DNA from: Amoebophrya sp. A120
Taxonomy: Eukaryota > Protista > Dinoflagellata
Direction: 5' to 3'
Assembly: GCA_905178155.1 (NCBI GenBank)
Contig: CAJINV010000004.1
Coordinates: 3,691,320-3,755,319, forward strand
DNA length: 64,000 nucleotides
The notes beneath the pieces are model-generated. The model was given only the letters and a program-made list of their open reading frames with translations, was not told the origin of the DNA and searched no databases. Of the stretch, positions 48,334-58,100 are shown one piece after another. A program made the translations under genes and the position numbers. Each line of letters begins with the position of its first letter. Position 1 is the stretch's first letter.

Positions 48334-50529
48334 ATGACGGCAGCGGCACCGGCGCAGCGCATCGAGTCTTCGCAAGATGACTCTGACGCCATGTTGCGTG
48401 CTGGTCGTGTCCGTGTCCCAATCAATTCAACCGAGGATGAAGCCAGCAGCTTCTTGAAAGCCGTGAAGGAGATGGATCCGCTACAAGTAACAAAGCTCAG
48501 CAAAAGAGCCCCATCGACGATGACCGGTGACTGCGGCTCGTTTCAGGTTGAGTTTTTGACGATCAAAAACAACGTCCGCTGGACCGTGGTTCTCGGACAC
48601 AAGGACCACGATGAAACGAGTGCTGGAAATCAGGCTTCGGGCGCGGCCGATGTTGAAGCAGCAGCAACAAGAGACGCAGGACAGCACCTCCAGGAGGAAT
48701 CAACCGCTGTGCAGACCATCGAGGGCGGCGGGGTTGCTGGGGAGCGGATTTCACCCGAGTGTCGGTTTTTTTTCGAACAGGGAAATTTGTCATGGCTGAA
48801 GCCGAAGAGCAAAAGCGGGGACGAGGACAACCACAAAACGGACGGCCGCAACACGACCACCTCGTCGTACTACGAGAAAATCATCGAGCTGGGCTGCGGA
48901 CACGGGGGCTTGGCCGCCTGGGCCGCGGCGGTTTTGAAAACCGACAATAGAACTAAAGAGAATGTGCAGAAGAAAAGGGGACGTGAAAAGCATCGTGATG
49001 GGAACAACGATGTAGATGAGACCGAGTCCGATGCAAATGAGGTTGAGGACGAGCAGCTGCCCAAGAACATCAACACTAGCGCCGAGATGAAAACTTCTAC
49101 ACTAAAAACCACCGTCATAGCCACGGACCTGGCCGAGTTCCTGTCCCGTGCGGAAGCGACGAGGGACGCGAATGAGAATTCAACGCTGTTTGGTCCAGAA
49201 CCTGATGCAGAAGTGGACTTCGAGACGCGCCCTTTAGCATTTGGGTCCATAGACGACATCCGGGCAATTGTGTGCAGTGGGGTCGTCTCAAAAATAGAAG
49301 AAATTCCACCTGTAGAAGACGCAGAAGAAGGCGAGGACGACGAGGAAAAGCTACGGAGTGCAATATCAATTCCAAGAACTTCTACGCGACCATCGACCCG
49401 GCAGCAGCAACCGATGCTCCTCCTCGGTGCCGGAATCACCTACTGGGAATGCCTTTTCGCCCCTCTAGCGGAAACGATGGAGCAGTTTTTCGCTTTGCGC
49501 CACCACGAAGAAGACACCGCCCTGATCAGCTACTTCCGGCGCAACTGGAGTGGCTGCGAGAAGCGGTTTTGGACCAAGATTCTGCCCCGGGTGTGCGACG
49601 TGGAAATTTTGACCCAAGGGAAATTGGTAGGAGAAAAGGACGCCAGGATCTTTGCGCCGCTTTGTACCAGAGGCGAATTTGAGGGCGAGGACGACTGGAA
49701 TGTGCGGATTTATCGGCTGCGACGGAAAGCACAAGCAGGGAAGCAGCCGAATAAGCATGATTGTTATGGGGTTAAATTATCCGGCGAACGCGAAGAACAT
49801 GAGGCAAGATCTGGCAAGAAGAACTACGGGATGAAGGACAAAATAAATGTGTTGACAAACGAGGAGAAACGCAAGGCCGCAGCACTCGCCGCAAAAATTG
49901 CGAAGGAGCAAGCAAAAATGGGTAAAAAAGATGGTTGTACTACAGGTATCTCAACTGTGCTTGTGGATCTCAACGTTGAGACCTCACAGCTCAACGTTGA
50001 GAAATATATCTCAACGACCAGCAGTGGTTTAGGGTTTCGGGTTTAGGATTTGGGGTTTAGGTCGTCGGGCAGGGCAGCCGCCGCCGGCCGGCCGGCCGGC
50101 CGGCGGCGGCTGCCCTGCCCGACGACTCTCTGGTCGCTCTCCTGCGATCTTCATTGTTGCCCGGCCCGTTTTGCGCGCCCCGTTGGCTTGTGTGCATTGT
50201 GTCTCACTATGCGCGCAGCCTCTGTGCGTTTTTCTAACTATCTATGAGCCCGCTCGCCGGCATTCGTGTTGGCGGGACCTCTGAGAGGTTTGTGGCCCGG
50301 GCTTGATGCGCACCTTCACGCCACGGAGTTCTTCTGTGCGCAGACCGTTGAGACCAGTCGTTGAGCTCTTCGCGAATCCGTTGAGGCGTCTCAAAGCGTT
50401 GGGGCGCAACCGTTGAGATTCACTCGTTGAGATTCCTGTATAACAACCAAAAAAGATGGTTCTACTTCCGCTGCTGCTGACTGTGGGGGTGGTGGCGGGG
50501 GAAAGAAGAAAAAAGACAAGAAGAAGTGA
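48334..50529 (+). CDS. SAM-dependent methyltransferase, METTL21/Methyltransf_16-like
   Basis: Motif I is IIELGCGHG, post-I is VIATDL and a motif II-like LLLGAGITY follows. The Lys-rich C-terminus resumes at 50456 after an insertion. Confidence 0.75.
49933..50448. mobile_element. Non-autonomous TIR element (MITE, Mutator-like ends) with 9-bp TSD
   Basis: The left TIR GGTTGTACTACAGGTATCTCAAC matches the reverse complement of the right end, GGTTGTTATACAGGAATCTCAAC, at 20/23 positions. TSD AAAAAAGAT is at 49924-49932 and 50449-50457. Subterminal CTCAACG/CGTTGAG repeats are present. Confidence 0.85.
50026..50126. repeat. Degenerate TTTAGGG-type repeats followed by a perfect 66-bp palindrome
   Basis: GG TTTAGGG TTTCGGG TTTAGGA TTTGGGG TTTAGG at 50026-50061. 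The segment 50061-50126 is its own reverse complement. Confidence 0.9.
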
Positions 50530-51058
50530 CGACTAAGTATTTTCAATAAAGACGACATCGAATTTTCCAATCTTGTCCTTGTTCCCCATTCGTATTATCC
50601 GGGATATAACTACTTTTCTCAAACCCCGCCCTATAGCGCATTCGGAATGGCACACTATGTATGAACAAGCGACAGAAACGAACGACAATCTCAGCACTCG
50701 AATCCAGAGGTACGGACGAAATGTCGGCCACCACGAGGCCGAGGCAAGCGTCTCTTGTTTATCGAGAGGCTTCGGCGCCACAGGTGTTCTACCCCTTCGC
50801 AAATACCTTCCTTTCGCTCTCAATCGGAAAAAATCAGTGATATTAAAGTATGGCGGTCGCTCGTATCGGTCTGTCTCGTGTTCTTTACGTGTGTGACGCA
50901 GGGCCGCGAGTGTTGACTTTAGTCAGGACTTTGGTCCTTCATGACAGCAAAGGGTCATGATACTCTCGTGCGGTTAACATTTGAAAAGTTCAAAAACAAA
51001 AAGAAAGAGTACACCATGTCGTGAACAAGCGCAGAATCAAGACAGAACGCCTAACACC

Positions 51059-51903
51059 ATGTTTCGTCGTGCTTTCCCCACCCTCCGTTGGTGCTCGTCC
51101 AACCCGCAAAACAGCATGACGATGCGGGACCCGCGGATCCACGACAGCACGTACGACAAGGTCCTGAAGCCGCCCTTTTTCAAGCACCGACGGATGTCGC
51201 ACCCGTACTTCTGCTCGGATTTCTCCAAGGGAAAAAGGAAACTGGTACTCCGCATAGAGTACGATTGGCGGAGGTTCGCGAGGGAGGCGAGGGAACTGAA
51301 GACGGTACTGCACCGGCTGTTTGTTGAGAAGAGAAGAATACGAAACGGAATTGATAACGGGTCTTCTTCCGAGTCAGAGTCCCAGCTCGCTCAGGATGAA
51401 GGCAACTATCAAATGCAAAAATGTCTGGCTCTGGAAGGTTGGACTTGGAACTTGTGATGCTCACCTCGGACTCTAAAAAAATCTGTATAATTGTATGACC
51501 AGCAAGAGGAGTCTAGTCTGTGCTACGCGGGAAGGTATTTGTCATGCGGAGTAGGCATCAGGAAGCCCTCTAAAAATCTGTGATGCGAGGTCGTGCATTA
51601 CAGACCTCCTGGGTCATGGAAAATATGCATGACAAACCCAGCAACATTCCAGACCCAGACACTTTCGCATTTGATAGTAACAGACTTTCTGCAACGAGAA
51701 CCGCGAGGACTATGTCGAGTAGCTTCGATCTGGTTGAAATCGAGGCGTCCGGAGTGCCGGTTGGAGAGCAGGAAGTACGAGTGTCGGTTGCGGGTGAGAA
51801 TATGACCGTCTTGCACCACGGGGAATTCAAAAGTGTACTGACGGAAGCAGGGTTGAGAAATCTGCACGCACGCGTTGTGAGGAGTTTCGATATCAGCTGC
51901 TGA
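51059..51903 (+). CDS. Small hypothetical protein with a mitochondrial-presequence-like N-terminus
   Basis: Begins MFRRAFPTLRWCSS. Two exons join in frame on removal of introner 51407-51676. Confidence 0.65.
51407..51676. mobile_element. Introner, family A
   Basis: TATC...GATA ends with flanking repeat GCAAC/GTAAC (1 mismatch). Confidence 0.9.
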
Positions 51904-52560
51904 CAAAATGTAGGAGTACTGCGTGTAGTAACTGCGTCTCGTTGTCGGAAAGGTGCGTGCGCTTGAGCTTGTCTTGCTCTTGCGATTGACACTTTCATCG
52001 CATATCATATGACGCAGACCAGTCTGCCCTTTTTATCGCAATCAATCTGTAAGAACGTAAGTGTTGCTGCCTTCGCCGTTCGTTGTTCTGGTTGTCGTCG
52101 AGAAGAAAATGCTTCAAAAACAGAAACAAACCTAAAGATTGCGTCGCTCTGCGCTCGCATGTAGTTCGTCATCTTAAGTCATTGATTGAAAATTTTTCGT
52201 GTTGTGAGCAACACAAAGGGACGAAAAGTCGTACTTATCGTAGTACTAAAAACTGCTAGATGGCAGAAAAAGGAATTCGTGAACGATTGTGACGCAAAAC
52301 CGCTTCAACAAAAACTGTACTTGTATAAATATGCTTCAGCTTGATATATGCTTTATTCGTCGTCACGGCGTTTATTTCAAAATTCCCACAATTTTTGAAA
52401 TCAAAACCGGCAAAGTTTTTTCTTTCAAGCAAGGGGAAGCGAATAACTGTATAGCAAGGGAAAAATAAGAATAAGTAGCAATACATCTTTGTTTCACCAT
52501 CACCAAGGCTGCATAGCGCATCAACTTCACCTCTCAGCTACACACAAATCCAACAAAATC

Positions 52561-53750
52561 ATGCCTGCTCCACGTAACAGCACGAACGGCCGCGATTCCG
52601 TCTCCGGACGGCAGTCCACCAAGCCGGCGTCTGCGAAGAGGCGATCTCAAGGTATATATAATCCCGTTGCATAATCCTGCTATTAAACCTCAAAAAGTAT
52701 AAGGAAATCTGGAAGTCCATGGAACGAATAAGTAATCCTCTCCTACAAGTTCATGAGCCAATCTTGAAAGTGAGTATAATACCATAATAAAACGCCACCA
52801 GCCCCCGACCGTGTTTCGCAAGAAGCTGACTTGGCGAAGAAGATGGGGCTTGAGAGACCCATATGAAATGCAAAAGCATCGCACTAGTAGTAATCGCATT
52901 AATACAAGTTTTCTCAGCATGACAAATGCAATTTCTCATGCTGATTTACCTTGAAAAAGAGATTTGTCATGCATAAATGCGATTACTACGAGTACGATAC
53001 TTTTGCACAGGATAACCCACCGCTTATGCTGTTGTGGACACCAACGTGATTGGCGGGCGTCGGTCCGCCATGCTGGACAAATACAAGGAGGGCGAGCTGG
53101 AATCCCTGTTCATCGACAAGGTCAAAGAACGGGACATTGAGTGGGTACTGTATTAGACCTTTTTGATGTTTTCTGAATCGAAGTGAAGTTCTATTCCTTT
53201 TCCTCCGATGCAATTGCAATCGGAAAAAATCCAAAGCAGCATGGTACAGGCAAAATAAACTACGAAGGATTTTTACTAGAGGAGCAGAAGCTTGGGCTTG
53301 GCGCATAGCAAAGGACTTCGAGCCGCACAATAAGGTGTTAACAAGACTAAAACAATTTATGTTTATCAGGTGAAGCACACGCTTTCCCAGTGCGGGCGGG
53401 AGCTGTTCCTGAGTCCCTACGCTGGGGGGATCATCAAAACGTCGATCCTGTACGCTGCTGAGTCCGCCGACGAAAACCTGTGCAAGTTGCTCGTGCGGTA
53501 TGGCGGTAAGGAGTTACTACTGGTGAAGAACTTCAAGGGTCGGGACGCACGGTACTTTGCGGAGAAGAACGGCATCGACATTGGAAAACTCTCCACGGAA
53601 GCAACAGTGGATTGCTGGAACCTGAACACTTTGAACGGGCTGCAAGGTGCGAAGCGCGCTTCGGAAAAGCTGAGCGGATCGTCGCCGACACAGACGGTGT
53701 CCACCGGCCCGAGCGAGCTGCTCTCCGGACCAGCTTCGCCAGCGGTGTAA
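52561..53750 (+). CDS. Small ankyrin-repeat-like protein, multi-exon
   Basis: TSILYAAESADENLCKLLVRYGG..KNFKGRDARYFA is ankyrin-like. Canonical introns plus one introner. Confidence 0.6.
52862..53014. mobile_element. Introner, family B
   Basis: TATG...GATA ends with direct repeat ACCCA. Removal gives MGLERP-TAYAVVD. Confidence 0.9.
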
Positions 53751-55117
53751 CACGCATACTTTGTAGTGTAACTCCTGTACTGCTAGTGTTTCAACATCTA
53801 AATTTGAGATTGATACGATAGTTAGAGTGTGTTGACGTCGAGTTGCAGCACTTGCAGAATTTACTTTATTCCAAGAAGTTCACTCGAAGTAAAATTTGAT
53901 TTTGTATGATTGGGTCGTGTTGCTTTGAATCGAAAATAGTTTGGCTTACACATCACAGCAAAATTTTTGTGATTTATTCAGAAAACCGATTTTTCGCCGC
54001 TTTGGGTGGTTGAATTTTGGGAGATTTTCTTGTTTTTTTGTAACCTGTAGATTAAATTGCCCCACCCTTTGCTGGTTCGGTTTACTATACGAGGTCGTAC
54101 TCTTATTTTTCAATGCACCCGGAAAACTGCACTTTCCATTATCTGTTTCAAAAAGCGCCACTCGTTACGGTGACCTCCTGACGTTTTTTTACATTAGGTC
54201 GATTGGACCAAATACACATGGCTACATAGAGACACAATTTGCTCGGCAACATTCATAGCTTTGCCCTTTTCAAACCTGGCAAAAGCACAAGGTCGATTTT
54301 CATTTTTCTCACATGTTATCAAAACACACTAACGCTGTCTAACCGAGCCAGCGCACAACTGGGGCTGCGTCGAGGAGCCGGCTCTTGCACTTCAATTAAG
54401 ATCGGGATGGTGTTTCCCTTTCCTCCCGCCAATAAACTACGTCTAGTACACTGCCTTGCCGACTGGTCCTCGTTTCGAAATTCGCTCGAAAGATATTCGC
54501 AAAGAGTCGTCGTTGCGCTGCTTAAACGCGTCGAAAAAAAAATCGTGAACAAGAATAGAGAAGGTCTAGAGCTCGCTGAATCGTTACTCCCCGAATCGTT
54601 GTCGTCTCGGATAATTTTGTCGCTGTCATGGTTCATCTTCTTTCGCGATCCCCAACTCGAGTTTGAGGACGGTGAAGAAGTTAGTTCTCCTCACTACAAA
54701 AGGTTCAAAAAGTAGACTTCGCACAGCTCGCCTGGTCCCCATCTAAAATTGTACTTTTCACTCACGAGCACAGGGATTTGTACGAGTATAACTGTAACAA
54801 AAAAGCTAGTTCTCAGTCGAGGTTTACTTTTTATCAGCGTTTTTTTTATTTTTTGAGTACAGGTAGTGGCCCACTATAGCTCTCTTTCGTCTTTTCTCTT
54901 TCCACTAGTCCGTCCAGCTCTATCTATCTATCTCTCACTGGGGGTCTGTTGAGTTTCTCTCCAAAAAACTGTTGCACCGCCGCACCAACGAGTGCGAGCA
55001 TACCGAACGGTAATATTCTGATCTGATCTGCTGTCAAGATCAAATATTCTCGATCCCGTTACTTTTCGTTGATCAGCACTTATTTCACAGAAAAGAAATA
55101 AGAACCGCAAAGTCAAA

Positions 55118-58100
55118 ATGTCACTCCCCGCCACTCGTCCGCGTTTTGGTTTCGCGCACGCGCGCCGTGATTTCCCAGCAGCAGCGACCACAGGAGCACC
55201 TCCACTACAGGGAAAAAATGTAGTCGCAGCACCGACAGCACAGAGCGATGATTTTTCTACCAGTAGTATAACAACTGCTACAACTGTTCTTCCGAGCAAG
55301 AACATCCTGGGTCAGCCGCAGGAGACCGCGGCTGCGAAGGTGCGCAAGCTGCTAGGCGACGAAGTGGAGGATGATGCAGCTGTTTTGGACCTGAATAGCA
55401 TCCGGACGCAGCTTTCCGCCGGATCCGCAGGAGAAGCTTCAGTGGCGAAGACGACCGGATCTTCGAAGAACACTACTGCAGCTACACCCGGAGGGGCAGC
55501 AGTGTCGTGTTCCTTGGCGGGAATAAAAAACGTACAGCAAGAACTCTCCAAGAAGAATACGCCGACACGAAGACAGACCAACTTCAGTCCCATCTTCACA
55601 CCACCGGGAATAAACAAGCAGAACAAGCAGCAGCTAAAAAATGCGTCGCCGAGTCGTGGGGACACAGAACCGAAAGTGGTTAGAAGTACTTCACCAGGCC
55701 AAGTTGGCACGGGAGGCGGTGCAGGAAAAGTCGTACAAGTTGCACCACACGACCAGCAAAGTGAACACCAGCGAAAGCTGCTGCACAAAATAAACAACGA
55801 GGACCCGCCTACGAAAAATAGCACCACCATCGTGCCAGCACCCCCGAAATTCGGGTTCGCGCACGCCTACCGCGGACAACAACAGGCGACCACAAAGAAA
55901 TCAACCTCCACGCCGCCGCCTTTGACAAGAAACAAGGCATTCATCTCGCCTGGAACAAGGAACAACTTCAATGCTGCGACATCGGGTGCTGGTGGTTCTT
56001 CCGCGGGGATAGCTAGTACATCATCCGGTGCGGGACATTGTACTACTGCAGCTTCGATGACGAATAAAAACACGACCAGCGCTTTAGATGATCACACTTC
56101 CGCTCGGAGCCCGCAGATGAACATCAAGGGAACTGCCGACCAGAGGGAACATTTTCAAATGCACAGAACGAATTGGGATCGAAATTACAACACACCGGAC
56201 GCTAGCAGCAGCGGTGGACACTATGTTGCACGTCCGTATGAGATGAACAATAACTCTGCTTTATTCAACAGCGCTGGAAGAACTTCCCCTACAACGTCTG
56301 GCGCGACAACAGTCCCAGCTCCAGGCACAAACTACTGCTCCTACGTGCATAATCAAGCAGAGCTGCAACTTCTTCACGACAGCGAGCGGCATCCGCATCG
56401 GCCACAGGGAAGGAGAAATACAAGTACCAGAGCACCTCCAGACCATGAACATCGTGCACCATATGACATGGACAATCGAACCCCCCAGTTGTACTCGGCT
56501 GGCGCGCGGCAATTCCTGGACAATGATTTACACGTGGATATCCTGAGCAAAAACGTCCCCACCCCATAGTCAATGAATTTGATAAATCTGCAACACAAAT
56601 CGCCAAGCTTTGGGAGTTGTGCATGACAAATTTCCGTCTGTAGTATAGTGGTGCTTAGCAAGGCAAGCCGCATGAGAAAGCCAATTTCTCATCCAGTTTA
56701 CAGCATTACAAATGCCAAATCGCGATTAGAAATGCCTCTCATGGGGATGCGCATTACAAATGTTCGTCTCATTGCGCATTTGTATGGGGTGGGGACGTTT
56801 TTACACGGGATAGTGGAAGAAGAATCTGTCATCTCCTGCACAAGCCGCTCGACCTCCCGTGCGCCCTCAAACGCCAGTTCAGTGGTTCGCAGAAGTCGAG
56901 CGGTCAATAGTATTGGTACCGGAGTTGACGTCAATAATTACCCGGTCTTGCACCAAGGCGGCTACTATGACGGGACCACAGCGCCGGAGTACAGTGACGG
57001 TTACGCTTCCCCCAATCATGCGCCGCGTTCGTCGCAGCGCGGCGGGAAAATGTCGCACCACCAGATACGGTACAGCAATGGCATGCAGCCGCCACCAAGA
57101 ATGGTCCGGCGCGTCGTGAATCCTGGCGGGGTCGTAGAACACCAGCTGCAGCAAAGAGTTATCGTGAAGAAAAAGCGCGGAGTGAACGGACCCGGTGCGG
57201 GAAGGGAGAGTGGACACAATTACCAGGGTAGCAAAGCGAGGCGGCAGAAGGGCTTGCAGGCATCGCAGGAGGCGGTGGGGGCGACAAGGTACTTAATCTT
57301 ATCAGGGGATTTTTGTTTATTTCGCTGTTCTACTTGGATAAGGACACTGGTCCGTCTCGTACTGGATGGCGAAGATTATAACAGGCACTTTCTGGTGTGA
57401 CTGTGTAGTGCACAAGTTGTAGCACGGCTGCATCCTTGAAACACAGGAGTTTTTCGCATGTATGATTTTTACACGACTACACTCAGGGCTCGGCGGTTGG
57501 TGCAGTTCCTGTTTCTGCTGCTGATTCTGGGGTTAGTTGTGGACCCGACGTTTTTTGGGCTATTCCCCTCGAACGAAGAGCCGCCAGGCGCGTCAAGAAA
57601 CTTGAACGTCGCATCGGGACCCGAAGGAGTTGTGTGGAAAAATAAGAAAAAGAAGAGAAAACGTGGCCCAGCTGCACCGGCGGCAAACGCGAAGGTGGGG
57701 CCGCAAGGGGAGGGCGACAGCAGCAGTGTCCTCGCGGAAGATGGTGCGGGAGAGGAAAATTTACAGGGGGCAGCAGCAGCTGCTTCCCGACAACGCAGCA
57801 GCCGAGCGTCGGCAGGAAGGACGGGGAAAAAATCGTCTAGAAGGAAAAGTATACAGAGAATTTTTTGTTGTTTTCGTTTTTGGATGGGAAAATAAGCGGA
57901 AGATCACTCATGCTCATTCTGTTATGCGCAAGACCAAGATGAAAAACTAAAAAAAAAACAGAGCGGTCCAGCAAGTCCAAGAGGTCCGCAGCAGCTCAGC
58001 CCCCGCCAGCGACCGCTGCTGTAGAGGAACACGCAACGCCCAACGCGTTTTCCGCATTGGAAATGCCACCCGTGGCCGTGTCAACGCATCAGTCGCACGA

